A stretch of DNA of 64,000 bases, taken from assembly GCF_011386835.1 (NCBI RefSeq), contig NC_088792.1:36890001-36954000 (forward strand), given 5' to 3'. The notes under the pieces are model-generated. The model did not search any database. It saw only the letters and a program-made list of their open reading frames with translations, and was not told where the DNA came from. Of this stretch, positions 51,173-64,000 are shown piece after piece (within the stretch, counting starts at the first letter, position 1; every line of letters begins with the position of its first letter). The position numbers were made by a program, and so were the translations under genes. The stretch comes from Chrysemys picta bellii (Eukaryota).

Positions 51173-52175
51173 CAAAAAAAAAAAAAAATTGATCTGTGCT
51201 GTAAATTTTCTTTTAAAAGTATTTTAAACAGATCAATGCTACTTTTTAAAAGTCTTTCTGCTGTTTCTTGTTATTTCTGAAGCAGACCCTGAGGAGGAAT
51301 AGCATGGTATGGTCCACCAGTTTTTCTAGTCATAAAGCATTAGCCATGTGTCAAAAAGGGGTGTGGCATGGGGCTCAGCTCTTTAATTCTGGGGAAAAAG
51401 TCCCCCAAAAGTTGGAAAATGTCAAAGAAAACATGTTCTGGTCATTGTGCTAGCCCTTTCCTACCCCCTTTATAACTGTATAACCTCAATTTTTGCTAGA
51501 CAATAAAATTATGGTGTTCATTTTTCATTTCATAATAACGCTTGTTATAGAGAAATACAAAACTGGTAGCTGCTGTACTCTAGCTAGGTAAAAGTAAAAT
51601 TTCACCAATATGTTACTCAGAGGAGAATACAGATGTAAAATTGGGGTTTAAAACAAAGCACAATGTTAAAATGCTACTCCTTATGTCAAATAACTTTTAA
51701 TAGTTTGACAAAATGAATGCAACCATGAGAACCTCAATTTGCAGCTAGGGCAGCCAGCAATATTAAGATGTTCAGTTTTGCATTGTGTATCGCATCAGTC
51801 ATAGGAGAGTACCCAGGACAATCCTGAAAAGGTCTCTCAGCTGCAGTTTTGCAGGGCTGTACACTTAAAACATGGAATAAACATTAGTATCTTTGTTTTT
51901 TATTTAGAAGAACAGGGCTCCTTTGCCATTCCTGTCATTGAGCTGGTTCTGCCTACAATTCACAGCATCCTTTCATGGCGGTGGCTTTCTGTGGTGCAGC
52001 TTGCATCTTTGTGAGCTCTGATTATCCACTCTGTTCTGGTTTTTATTTGCTCTCACATTTTGGTCTGTGCTTGTTTTTTTTTATTTCCCCCCCGCCCCCA
52101 TAAGTCCAGCATTGTCTGTAGCAAAAACAAATTTTGCACAGAACTGACCATATTATATCTGATTTTTTTCCACAG

Positions 52176-52207
52176 ATTCTGCTACTAGTGACTCAGCAAA
52201 ATCTAAG
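52176..52207 (+). CDS. ARHGAP21: ARHGAP21 32-nt exon (DSATSDSAKSK)
   Basis: ttccacag|ATTCTG; AAG|gtaaat; phase 1/0. Confidence 0.93.
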
Positions 52208-52791
52208 GTAAATCTTTTGTGAAATTATAAAGAATAAACTTCTAAGCTACTTTAGATCTTTGCATTTTGTTGCATTGGTTGTTTATACATGGATACATAG
52301 GGCATTATTTAAGATTTTATTGTAAACACGTGGTGCTATATTCAATATTCCTTCTCCAATTAATTTTGGAGCATGAAAGTGGAAAAAGTCTCATTTGTAA
52401 AGATTGACTCTCATGATGAAGGGAAGCTACAAACTCTGAAGCAACGTTTGTTACAATTGGGGTCTCTATGCTATAAACTACTGTTTATTTATACATCTTG
52501 TTTAGGCTATATAGTATTGCTTGCCTGCGGTTGACACTCAGACTAGTGTAACAACTTTTGCATGTCTGTCTCTATTTCAGTCTGTAAAGTATGTGTAGAA
52601 TACAAGGGCAGCTTCTGCTGAAGGTCATGGATCCTAGCTCCCTAAGAAGCCAACTGGTATAGCCAAAGATTTCTCTGCTAAAACCCATTAGAAAGCACTT
52701 CTGAGGTAGCGAGGATCGTCTTGTGGGTATGATACAGGACTGGGACTCAGGAGCCTAGATTCAGTTGCAGGCTCAGCCACAGACTTTTTAT

Positions 52792-53023
52792 AGGTATGTC
52801 TACATTGCAGTTAAAAACCTGCAGCTGGCCCAGGCTATGGGGCTGTTTACTGGCAGTGTAGACATCCAGGTTCAGGCTGGAGCCCAGGCATTAGGACCCT
52901 GTGAGATGGGAAGGTTCCAAACATCTACCCTGCCATTAAACAGCCCCTTAGCCTGAGCTCTGTGAGCCTGAGTCAGCTGACAGGGACCAGCTAGGGGTGT
53001 CTAATTGCAGTGTAGACATACCC
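52792..53023. mobile_element. Harbinger-like MITE inserted in a MIR-like remnant
   Basis: TIR aggtatgtctacattgca / tgcagtgtagacataccc; TAT flanks both ends. Confidence 0.8.
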
Positions 53024-53979
53024 TATATCAGTGGTTCTTAACCAGGGGTTGATGCAGAGGAGGAGGGGGAACCAGTGAAAGGATTCCTAGAAGGGGTACC
53101 ATGGACAGATGAACAGGCAAGGAAAATTTACCTTACCCCTGTATTGCATGGCGTGGAGAAGCGTAACTGATCAGGGAGGCCTGAGAAGAGGTCACACGAA
53201 TCTAAACAGGAGATGAGGGCATAAGCAAGAGCTTTAGCTAGAGAGAAGGAAAGAAAAGCTGGATCTCTTGAGTGCCTTGGAAGCAGCAGCAGAATTTGAG
53301 CAGGGCTTAGGAAGAGTCAGATATTACCCTCCCCCAGCTGAATAATGTGGAGATTTGTGATGGTGTCATTAGTGCCAGAGAATCTGGAGAGCAGAGAATG
53401 CTTCTTGGCCAAAACTGATCTTCCCTGTGTTATGCTTAAATTGATGATGATATACGTTCAGGAGGCACTGTCAGAAAGATGGGCCTAGATCTGGGATTGG
53501 ATGGACGGAAATAAGTCAGGAGTGGAAAGGTATATGTAAGTCGTCAGCATGGAGATGGTAGCCGAAGCTGTATGAGATCACTCACAGAAAGAGTGTAAAG
53601 TGAGAAGAGGGAGGGACTGAAGTTAGAGCCTTGCAGAATGTTCTCTGTCAAACAGATCACACTAGATGCTGATGTTGGAGAGGGTCTTTTTAGGCTCCCT
53701 GGAGTCTCCTTAACTACTTAATCAAGCACGCAGTTAATAACTGCAGTTGGACTGTGGCAAGTCAGAGGGACTCTGCTGCAAAGTTGGGAAGGGGAGGATG
53801 CAGGGTGCCCAGTGTGGCAGTGAAGGCCCCACACACAGAGCAGAGCAGTGTTCCCTGAAGAAACAGGAGTGAGCACTGTGGCTTTGGAGACCAGAATACC
53901 CATATAAAATCTCAAACCAATGGCACACATGTACATGCTTTAACTGCTAACCTTGTTCCTTGATTTTTGTTTAAAACAG

Positions 53980-55713
53980 GGTTCTTGGGGATCTGGAAAA
54001 GATCAGTATAGCAGGGAACTGCTTGTGTCCTCCATCTTTGCAGCAGCCAGTCGCAAGCGAAAAAAACCAAAAGAAAAACCACAACCAAGCAGCTCAGAAG
54101 ATGAGCTGGACAATGTATTTTTTAAGAAGGAGCTTGCTGAACAATCTCATGGTGATGTAACAAAAGAGGACACAGTTAAAGAGGAATGTGAGAGAGAGAT
54201 GGCAGGAAGAAAACAAAGGATGTTTGTTCTGAAAGAAAAAGAGAACAGCACTAAAAAAGACATGAATGTTGCAAAGGATGAAAAGAAATCATTCAGGAAA
54301 GAGAGCAGCCCCTTAGAGGAGCCTTCACTACCTTACCAACAAAAATATACAAAATCACCGAATCTCAGCCATCGGCTAACAATACAAAACGATAGTCCTA
54401 AAATGTCTATTTCACAAGCCTCCCCCCAGGTTGAAGAGACAGTGTCTGACTCTGGCACTATGCTTAGCACTTCTTCCCAGGCTTCCCTGCACAGATTTCC
54501 AGGGAAAAAATTAGCCAGCCCTGAAATTAAATGCATTGAATTTTTAGCTGCTGATGTCAGTTCTATCACCTCGGATTACTCAACCACTTCATCTACTACA
54601 TACGTAACCGGTTTAGATTCTAATATGCTGAGCCCTGAAGTGCAATCGGTGACAGAAAGCAAGGGGGATGAGGCTGATGATGAAAGAAGTGAATTGATCA
54701 GTGAAGGTCGTCCTATGGAAACAGACAGTGAAAGTGATTTCCCTGTCTTTGCTACAAGTTCTGCTGCTGAAAGGATATTCAGGGGGAAAATGCAAGAAGT
54801 GCCAAAAACAAATCGGAGGAACTCCGAAGAAAGCGAAGTAAGTTGTACTGAGGGAAGTTCAACACCAAAGTTAGACAGCCGCAGACTGTTTAGCTCTCAC
54901 AAACTTATTGAATGTGATACGCTATCTAGAAGAAAGTCTGCCCGGCACAAAACAGATAGTGAAGGATCAGGGGATGCCAAGAGTGAGAAGGAGTCGCCTG
55001 CAATGACCAAAATGTTTGATATAATGAAAAAAGGAAGATCAACAAGCAGTTTAACTACATCAACTAGAAGTGAAACTGAAAAACAAGAACCTACGTGGAG
55101 ACTTAAAATAACAGACAGATTAAAACTGCGTCTCAAAGCATCTGCAGATGATATGTTTGGTATAGGAAATCAAAAATCTAGCTCTGCAGAGACCTCAAAG
55201 AGAAAAAATATCAGGCGAAGGCATACACTCGGAGGGCAGAGGGATTTTGCAGAAATAAGTGTTTTGAATGCATGGAAAGCTCAAGAGCAGGGTCAAAGTA
55301 GAGAGAGAGAATCTGAGCTTTCAGCTGTGAATCGGTTGAAGCCAAAATGTCCAGCCCAGGACCTGTCAATTTCAGAGTGGCTTGCACGGGAACGTTTACG
55401 CACTAGCACAACTGACCTTAATACGGGTGAAACTGGAGAGCCCAAACTTGAGAACACTCGCTTAACAGATGTATCAAAGGCAGATCTGCCTGTATCTGCA
55501 GAGATGCAGGCAGATGAAGGCAGTTCTTCTAGCAGCTTGACTTTGATCAGTAGAACACCACCTCTGTCAGGACCACTCCAGCCCCCTGACCAGGTAAATG
55601 GTGAAAGTTATCAGAGCATGAACAAAAGCAACTTCAGTGCAGCAGTTGATGCCCATCCTCATAAACTCTCTGGGACCCAGGTGGTTAGATCTCGATTTTA
55701 CCAGTATCTTTGA
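53980..55713 (+). CDS. ARHGAP21: ARHGAP21 terminal coding exon ([10 protein letters not shown]...RSRFYQYL*)
   Basis: aaacag|GGTTCT; lies within ORF 53953..55713; TGA at 55711-55713. Confidence 0.97.
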   Translation, partial: GSWGSGKDQYSRELLVSSIFAAASRKRKKPKEKPQPSSSEDELDNVFFKKELAEQSHGDVTKEDTVKEECEREMAGRKQRMFVLKEKENSTKKDMNVAKDEKKSFRKESSPLEEPSLPYQQKYTKSPNLSHRLTIQNDSPKMSISQASPQVEETVSDSGTMLSTSSQASLHRFPGKKLASPEIKCIEFLAADVSSITSDYSTTSSTTYVTGLDSNMLSPEVQSVTESKGDEADDERSELISEGRPMETDSESDFPVFATSSAAERIFRGKMQEVPKTNRRNSEESEVSCTEGSSTPKLDSRRLFSSHKLIECDTLSRRKSARHKTDSEGSGDAKSEKESPAMTKMFDIMKKGRSTSSLTTSTRSETEKQEPTWRLKITDRLKLRLKASADDMFGIGNQKSSSAETSKRKNIRRRHTLGGQRDFAEISVLNAWKAQEQGQSRERESELSAVNRLKPKCPAQDLSISEWLARERLRTSTTDLNTGETGEPKLENTRLTDVSKADLPVSAEMQADEGSSSSSLTLISRTPPLSGPLQPPDQVNGESYQSMNKSNFSAAVDAHPHKLSGTQVVRSRFYQYL

Positions 55714-55969
55714 AATGGGGAAAGGTCCACTACAGCAATTCAGTAGCTTACTGTTACACTTCCCAATAGCCCTGTATATATTTTCCTGTACTGTTGTTTT
55801 TATGCAGCCTTCATTTGGGCTGGTTTCATCCATATGCACTGTGGAAAGTCTTCACAGTGCATTACTACAGCCAGAAGAACATTTTTTAAAAAGTTAAAGT
55901 ATATATCTATTTTAAGAAAAAGTATATTTGATGGCTGCATACAAATGTTGAACAAAGCATCTGATGCAA

Positions 55970-56017
55970 CATGCTATGTAGTGTGTACATGGTCATGCTA
56001 TGTAGTGTGTACATGGT
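55970..56017 (+). repeat. Perfect 24-bp tandem duplication in the ARHGAP21 3' UTR
   Basis: catgctatgtagtgtgtacatggt x2. Confidence 0.95.
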
Positions 56018-56527
56018 TTTATGACAAAGTTGGCCTGGCATTAGTATGCAGAAAAATTGTTCTTTTGGGTTAGTCACTAACAAGTGCCTCATCATAAATT
56101 CATTTGGTGTGTTAGGGTGCCATATTGTTCATTGTTAAATTAGAGAAACATACTACAAACAAACACACTTTATTGGTAACAAATTTCATTACATTTTACA
56201 GATTTTAACACAGGTGGATACAGAGCTTCCATTCCTTAGGCATTCCAGTTGGATCTCTGAGTTTTATATTCCAATTTTAATACAGTTTTTGAGTTTTATG
56301 TGACTTGAATTTTTAATCTTTCTGTAAAATAAGTAACTTAAATGTACATATTACATGTGTATCTTTTCTTCAGATACCAGATTTGATATAAATGTTGTAA
56401 CATAGGCGTGTAGATAGTGGATCCTGGATGGAACTGGTTTCTTTTATTGAGAAGAATATAATTCTGCATGAAGACTTAATGAATCCAAACTTGTATCATG
56501 CCTGTGTGCATCTACTTAAACACTGGA

Positions 56528-56533
56528 AATAAA
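56528..56533 (+). terminator. Candidate polyadenylation signal of ARHGAP21
   Basis: AATAAA followed by a T/GT-rich tract (ttgtttttgtg). Confidence 0.7.
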
Positions 56534-59500
56534 ATTGTTTTTGTGACTCCTTGAATGGCCTGAGTTTCATTCTAATGAATAGTTCTAAAATGATTGCTTA
56601 CAAGTTGCAATCTGCAACTGCACCAAATATCAGAAAACCTGCAATTATTGTCTGGAGTGAATGACAGTCTGTATGTGGAAAGAGGCAATTCAAAGGTTTT
56701 GGGTTGCAGAGTATAAAGAGGTGACTATTACAAATCTGTGAGTTATTCAGAGGTAAAGGACTCTGCGTTTTTCAAACCTTTTGTGGCCATGGGACAGTGC
56801 CACAAGTATAGCATGTGACGGAAGGTTCAGATGCTTACATTTCTTTATTTTGATTTTTAAACTCAATTTACAATCTGGCCCTATCTCATACACTAACTGA
56901 AATTTATTTGGTTAGGTGGTCTTCCTTCAATGTGCAGTTTCTGTGGTACTGAGGAAAACATGAAAATATCAATAATTCTTCAGAATCACAGAATGCTGAA
57001 TATCTTAACCCTTAGATCTCTGGTGTTTTCCATACCAGCAGCCAAATCAGTGCTGTCTTTGTAATTCATTGTAAAGACCAGCTGATGGATTGTGAAAACT
57101 CAGAAAAATTTCTATTTACATACAATTCTACCTCCATGTTATACTTGGTTTCTCCTCTTTTATTGCCTAGCATATTTGTTCCTTACTTTGTCCACTGCTG
57201 GGTATTTGCCCTCCAAGTCACAATCCTCTGTTGGTGACAGGAAAGTTAATTGCTCTAAAGAGGGTAACAATAATCCAGTGTTGGTCCTAAGCGGGGAATG
57301 AGCAGCAGGAGCGCACAAACTCTGTGCAACAAAATTCTGTTTTCATGCACGTGTTCTCAGTACTAACAACGCGTGATGTGTAGGCAGGCTTGGTTCCATA
57401 TAGAGCCTTTTTCATTTTGTTCAAAATGGCTGTAATAATTCTGTACTTTAATCTGTATCTACCTTACTGTTCCTTGTGAAGACACAACTATAAACATGTA
57501 TTTCCACTGCGAAAAGTATCTTGTTTGATGATCCATGAAAATTCTCTTTACTGAAGTTTTGTGTATGTCTGTGCCCAGTAGCAACTGAAATAAAAATCAT
57601 TTGTTCTTACTGTCCCTCTAGCACCTTTTCCAACTGTATAGTGATGCTGGTGCATAAGTAGCATCTCCATTTGAAATATAAGGACAAATCAATCTTTGCT
57701 AGCTTCTCAAAGTCAGTAGTTGGCAGTTTAATTTCACTACTATCAGGACTAAAATTCTCCTTTCAAAGTGCATTTCTGCAAGGGACTTCAACACCATGGA
57801 TACTATGTTGCTCTGATATCCACATAATAAAAGTACATGAAAATATGTATGGACTGCAAGTGGCCTTTAGACATCTTTTCATGGTTGAAGCAGATTCTCT
57901 GTTAACTAGCGAAGTGCGTTCTAATACCTGCGGACCATGGGAGACCCTCCACAATTCATACTTCCTAAATAGATACTTTAATTGATTCAGCAGTGATCAA
58001 ATGGAAAGAGGACTGCTCTCTCTTGATGGGAAATAAAGAACAAATGGACATATCTGGGATAGTTGTGAAAAGCTGAATAATGCATTTTTGGGGACTGTAA
58101 TTTTTGACGTCTCCAAAGCAATGTTCCCCTTTAAACGGGGTAGTGGGGGGAACTCAGTTTGGTTTGAGAGCAACCACACGCCTTTCCTTCCAACCCTCCA
58201 AATTAAACTACTCGTGAGTGTTGATTTCGAGCAGACCTTCTGTGCCATTTACAATGAGCACTAAGAAATCTAAGGAGCCAGTCTTTAACCACCTTCCTGC
58301 TTTTCTCTCTCACCCTGTGTCAGGGAAGAAGGGGACGGCCACCAGCAGGGCTCCCTTGTTGCTGACTATCCTGTGGAACTGCAGTTGCCCTTAGTAAATT
58401 GAGAAGATAATTCCTCAGTGTCTTGGTCATTTGGAAGGTAGAATGAGAGATGTGCACCCTCTAGGTCCAGCTGGAGATGAAGGCTACAGCTGCAGCATAG
58501 TGACAGCATCTCTGCTCCCTTTGCCTAATATACAGTAATGTTCAAGCACCAGGGGCGCTAATTTTTTTTTTAATTATCTCCCGGGATCCCTACCCCCACA
58601 CTTAATGTTGCTGTGGTTTTTTTTTATCCTCTAGGGGGAAGCTGCCCAAGGCCAAAGTGAGAGTGCATTTCAGGTTCAAAATCCACCATGCAAAAATGTC
58701 AGGGTGTGTGTGTGTTGGGGGGCGGGGGGGGGTTGATCTCCCTTCTGTTTTTCTCGGGGTTGGTGCTGTCTCCTCCCTTATTCAGAATTTCTATCCAAGC
58801 TCTCCTACCGTCTTTCCTCCCCCATGCTTTTATATTCCCTTTCCTACCTGTTTTCCTTAATACCCTTCCTCGGTTGTCCATATTCTCCTGCATACCACAT
58901 TCCCAGATGGCTTTGTCACATCCTGCCCCACCCATTTCCCTGAAAGTGAGATGGTAGCCTCCTGCACCACCTACTGCTGGGAAAGGCCCTCTTTCCTACT
59001 CCCCTCAGTCCCATGTTCATGTTATTCCTTCAGTGTTGCTGCCTCCAACAATTCTGCCCCTTTGTATAATAACCTCTCTCACTCAATCTCCTGCCGTCTA
59101 CAGCCTCATTGGGTTTCACCTTCTATTCCCCAACCACCATGTGCCACAATCTTCTTTGAGGGCAATCTGACTTCAGTCCCCCAGAAAACAAGGTCGCATT
59201 GATGACCTTTGTAAGGTCCGCCTCACTGCTGCAGGGGAAGGCTGGAGGCTACTAGTTCCCAGACTTTAGGAAGCTGATCCCCCTGCACTAAGAAAAGGAA
59301 GCCACATACTACACCTTACCCTAATATTTTCCATCCTCCCTTTGTTCCCCTCTCTGTGCACCACAGCCCCTTTCAGTGAGGGGCTGGGATTAGTAGCAGC
59401 CCTCTGCTCCTTTGGCGATGGTGGGTGAGGGATGATGGGAGGGACCCTGCTGCAAAATTTTGGAGTGGGTGAACATTCCAGGGCAGTAGATAGGAGAAAG

Positions 59501-61699
59501 GGGCACCTGGGTTTTGATTGGGGCATGGTGGCAAATTCAAATAAATTCATGTCATGCCATCATAGCAAGCTTACCTCAAAAAACCCACCTCATGAGAGAG
59601 ATTCCAAAGTTGGCAGAGCAGGTAAGATACCTGTTTCCTGTACAGAGCACCTGCTGAACCTTCTCTGCTTCAGCGCTGCCACCCATCCTGCAGCAGTTGA
59701 GATGCAGTTTGGGATGCAGGAATTCCTTTTGCCAGGACATGAGTCACAGAAAGGGTGGGCTGTTGCTTAATAGAAAAATGCCCCATTTATGAGGTATAGC
59801 CACTACTCTCCAGTTCCCTGGTGTAGAGAAACGTGCATAATGGGGTGTGCTTTTTTTGAACCAAAAAAAGGTAGGTAGTGTGCCTAGTCACTGATTTTTT
59901 TTATTTTTTTTTTTGGTATGTGCAAGAGTTTTGTAGCTGAAAACTTTCATTCTGTCATCTGTTCCCCATGGGATGCTGTGTCCATTTTGTATATATTTAG
60001 GAATGATAAATTTCACTTAGAAGCTGGTGCATCTTGTAGATACAGCCTTAATTTTCAATGCTCAATACGTGGAGAGCAGCTATACTGACATATTGGCTGA
60101 GAGGCTCCTATCACTTACACTAGCGTAACCCTATAGACAACTGGGTGGAGCGGTAGGGTGACTAGATAGCAACTGTGAAAAAATTGAAACCGGGGGGGAG
60201 GGGAGGGAATGGGAATAATGGGTGCCTATATAAGAAAAAGTCCCCCAAAAGAGGTGTGTCCCTTTAAAAACAGGCTATCTGGTCCCACTATGGAGAGGTG
60301 ACTAAGTAGCCTTTAGCCATATAACTCACTTTTCCCCTGCCCCACTCAGTGGTATGGGCAGTGCTGGCCACTGGGCCAAGGATACACAAGTGGTTACTAG
60401 AAGGGAACTGGGGCTAGTATTGCAGCCATCACCTATGCCTGTGCTGCTGTCTCTGGCTCACATTGAGCAAGGAGGGGTGTGTGGGGGGGTAATGCAGGGA
60501 CACAGAAAGCATGGAGATGGAGATTATCTGCAGCGGCACCTCGTAGCCCAGCAGGAGAGATGAGGCACCAGTGGCAATGGATGACAGTATTGCAAAATGG
60601 AGGAATGTGGCAGGGTAGTCCTGCATAAAAGTACATTTGTCAGTGCATTAGTGAGTGCACAGCCATAGGTGTTAGTAGAGACAAGATTAGAATGGGCTCA
60701 ATTTTAGATATAGTATTTTATACATGAATATATAGTCTGACACTTGAGGGAAAATAGCCATGTCTAAAATCACAATTAACTAGCTACTTTCTTAGTTTGC
60801 ACAATCAATCATTTACCAACTATGAGGTGGGAGGGGGGGTTGACATGTTTTGTAAAATGTAACCAAGCTCTGTTTGGATAAATTCTGTTTTGTGCACTCA
60901 CGCTAGCAACAAATTGTCAAGCCTCTGCCTACATGCGGAAATCTGTCATGGGCTCTTATTAAGTCAATGCTGGCTGCATACAAAGAATAAATCCACTTCA
61001 TGTTAGAGAGTTCCTCAAGTGCATGGAGAAGAAAACAAAGGGAGAAACGCAAGTCTGTTGGGAGGGAAGCATCAACTGATTAACACTATTGTCTTAAACA
61101 CAGACGGCAAAGGAGACAAATTAGCAAAAAAGGAGGGGACAGGATGGAAGCTGCTTATGTCCTTGTCTGCAAAGTAACATTACACAAGGCGGGGGGTGTT
61201 TCTTTAAAGGCAGCGCTGACTAACCATCATGTTGACAAGCCTTGCTGCGGTCTCAGTTCTAATCCAGAGCAGCTCTACTTGATCCAGAGTTGATTCAGGT
61301 ATTTGCATAGATATTGGTGTGATTGCTGAAGTCTTGGACAGAAGGTGTCCACTGACAATATTACTGCTGCAAGGGACTCCATGAACCTGTGTGTGTGTAA
61401 GGGATCAGGGCCTCCAGCTTTCAGCCTCGAGTAACAGTAACTTGATATTTTGTTTTTGTTTTGTTTTTCTGTTATTGAAAAAGAATAATAGACATAAGAA
61501 ACCAAATAGAAAGAAGAGGAGACAGTCCCTTTTAATTAGAGAACGGTGGTTTGCTGTTTGGCCGGGTAACTCTTCAATGGCATTAGAAGGTACAAGTCCA
61601 AATCTCAAAGAATTACAATTTTACTCATTATGTCAGACTGTTTACATTAAAAGTAAAGTTTTTGAACAACCATTTGAGTTGGAACCATTGTAAAAGTTA

Positions 61700-62822
61700 T
61701 TGGTGACAAAATACAAAACCATAGCATGCAGCCCTTTATTTTTGTAAAGTTCTTTGCTTAGCATAGTTCTGTATATTACATTATGGTGTTAAACAAATTT
61801 ATTTACAAAAACACTAACTATGGAAACTTTTTGCTCTTTTCCATTTGCTCAATATTCACCTCTCCCCATATATATAGCTTTAAAGCATGCATAAAAATTA
61901 ATTTTGGTGTAGTAAAACTACTCTGTGCCCAGCCACATACAGTATTTATATATATATATTTATAGATATGTACAAAAGGTTGCCAGTATACATAACAGTA
62001 CAGAAGTGTACAACTTAAAATCCACACTGCAATACAAGTTACCAGGTCTCAATAAAACAAAAGAATAATGGTGGATTTAGCGAAGAATAAAAGTAATGAG
62101 CAAATAGTTATGTAAAAACAAAATTTATTTTTTTTGGATTGGCAAATTATTAAATATAATTTGAATGGCAGTGCAATATGTTAAGTTACCTCATACACAC
62201 TAATACACACTAATACCAGTCTTACTCTGTTTCTTGTGTAGAGGTTTACTGTCCAGCATAATACTTTCAAATGTACATTATAATAGTATCAAAATGTTTT
62301 GGCAAAAAGATATTGAAAGGAACCATGATGTTTTGTTGAGAAAAATAGAAATCTGTAACAAAGCTAAATAACACTAAAAGAAAAGAAAAAAATATTTCCG
62401 TTTCAGTTTTACATTTGTGTGTAATCACACTTTAGTATATCTCTGTTCACTTGTAGTCCCCATAATGAAAATAGCTTTATACAAAACAACTTACTAAAAT
62501 TTCTGGAACCATACATTGTTTTTTCCATGCTCTCTACATTTCTGTGTACACACACACACAGTTCACTCTCACACACCTTCTGCACTTTTTGTAACAGGTG
62601 CTAGATACAGAAAGAAAATGCTCTATTATCATTAACAGCAACAAAGTTTTACAAAACAGCTTCACTCTAGTCTATTGTATTAATCCAGTACTTAGCATAT
62701 GTTTAATATTAAGTTTCAAACAATAAAACAAAATGATACATTCTCTTGCTAAAATATTAGTTGCGGATTCATTGATAATAAACAGAAGCCGTGGTGAAGT
62801 TGCACACACTAGTGTTTAGACT
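61700..62822 (-). other. KIAA1217: KIAA1217 3' UTR (end approximate)
   Basis: AU-rich; minus-strand AATAAA (plus tttatt) at 61735-61740 and about 61798; Pumilio-type elements at 61800-61807 and 61967-61974. Confidence 0.65.
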
Positions 62823-63314
62823 TTAAGCGGTCTCCTTGGCTGAGGAGGTGAGTTTGCTGGCGTTTCCATTCTGTGACTTGTAGCTGGTGAAGCTAGGTGT
62901 ATGGATTGTCCTGATGCTCTTCAGGCCTTGGTTCAGTGAAGTGGGAGAGGTAGACGAAGGGGGGGAAGAGGAGAAGGAAGGGGGGGATGGCCGGCCATTT
63001 TGAGTCTGTAGTGAGAATGAAAGATGGTGACCTTTACCTGTGTAAGTGGGGTTCTGAAACTTTAAGGAGCCGTTAGAGACCGAAGGAATTAGGGAGGTAG
63101 AGTGAGCAGTGCGACCTGTTTGAGGACTCAGAAGGTTAAAGGAAGGAATGGATGTTTTAGTAGGTGGATTAAGAGGGTTAGAGCTGTCACCATTAGAAGC
63201 AGACACAGAGCTGCTTTTCCCAGAGGTGGGAGAAAAAGAAGGGATCTTAGAAGCAGGTAGGGTAGGGGAAGTAGCCTTATAGTCCCCACCAGCTTTCTTA
63301 GCACTTCCATTAGC
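62823..63314 (-). CDS. KIAA1217: KIAA1217 (sickle tail homolog, SKT) terminal coding exon
   Basis: minus-strand ctttatttacag|GCTAATGGA; 164 codons ANGSAKKAGGDYK...SLNQGLKSIRTIHTPSFTSYKSQNG...AKETA*, matching the recalled KIAA1217 C-terminus; KIAA1217 is the known convergent neighbour of ARHGAP21. Confidence 0.92.
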   Translation of the reverse strand, partial: ANGSAKKAGGDYKATSPTLPASKIPSFSPTSGKSSSVSASNGDSSNPLNPPTKTSIPSFNLLSPQTGRTAHSTSLIPSVSNGSLKFQNPTYTGKGHHLSFSLQTQNGRPSPPSFSSSPPSSTSPTSLNQGLKSIRTIHTPSFTSYKSQNGNASKLTSSAKETA

Positions 63315-63639
63315 CTGTAAATAAAGATGGCAGGAGACAGTTTGTCAGAAAGCCAGTAACATAAGTAAACAGGGCCTGGGAAAACAGCCCTACAGAAAAT
63401 AAGAATTAACAGTTCAAGGCTTGAGCTAAGTCTTGCAGCTGTGGACTGGACCTGGTTGAATCCCCAAAGTGCACAACAAAGAATGCATAGAGTGCGAAGA
63501 GAGCGAGAACAAAGCTTGTGCGAGAAGTCACATCAACCTACGGACTATTTACTACGTTGGTCATGCTTCAGGATTGTTAACATGAGAATGGAAACATTTG
63601 GATGGAGCGTTAATGTGCATCTAATGTAATCCATTAAAC

Positions 63640-63971
63640 CAGAGGTTCTCAAACTGGGTTGGGACCCCAAAGTGGGTCGCAGCCCTGTTTTATGGGGTCG
63701 CCAGGACTGGCGTCCAGGACCGAAGCTGAAGCCTGAGCCCCACTGCCTGGGGACAAAGCCAAAGCCCAAGGGCTTCAGCCCCAGGTAGGGGGCATGTAAC
63801 CCGAGCCCTGCTGCCCAGAGATGAAGCCCTTGGGCTTTGCCCCTTCTCCCTCCTGCCCCTTGCCCCGCAACCGGGGTGACAAGCTCAGACTTCGGTCCCC
63901 ACTCCTGGGGTCATGTAGTAATTTTTGCTGTCAGAAGAGGGTCGCGGTCCAATGAAGTTAGAGAACCGCTG
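63640..63971. mobile_element. hAT MITE in the last KIAA1217 intron
   Basis: TIR cagaggttctc / gagaaccgctg; perfect 8-bp TSD CATTAAAC. Confidence 0.93.
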
Positions 63972-64000
63972 CATTAAACACATAGGTTAGTAGCCTTCGC

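Larger units (their letters stand above)
55714..56550 (+). other. ARHGAP21: ARHGAP21 3' UTR (end approximate)
   Basis: follows the stop codon; AU-rich; Pumilio-type TGTAHATA at 55773 and 56343; AATAAA at 56528. Confidence 0.75.

Overview
Vertebrate genomic DNA, almost certainly turtle: it carries a tortoise-type tRNA/CR1 SINE, reptilian CR1 LINEs, hAT and Harbinger MITEs and a DIRS element. The + strand holds the last 19 coding exons of ARHGAP21 (30-nt LQFTKDVTAL exon at 7669, 1933-nt exon, PH domain, RhoGAP domain, terminal exon ending at 55713) and its 3' UTR. The - strand holds the last exon and 3' UTR of KIAA1217, convergent with ARHGAP21 across about 5 kb. All 19 exons were checked by hand for AG/GT ends and phase, and they join into one open frame. 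Introns contain six CR1 fragments, an internally deleted DIRS tyrosine-recombinase retrotransposon with intact ITR/ICR architecture, many MITEs (several with perfect TSDs), SINEs and a 132-N assembly gap. I found no evidence of a wholly new multi-gene system. The best leads are: (1) the same ~44-bp micro-inversion in the RT region of two separate CR1 copies; (2) a candidate internal first coding exon (MTLVAFETVRCWTCTDCNPLYEQLVEDII) that would give a PDZ-less ARHGAP21, with an overlapping uORF; (3) candidate cassette exons and microexons (72 nt at 15549; 22/15 nt at 8362). Orthology calls rest on recalled protein sequences, not database searches, and repeat boundaries without TSDs are approximate.
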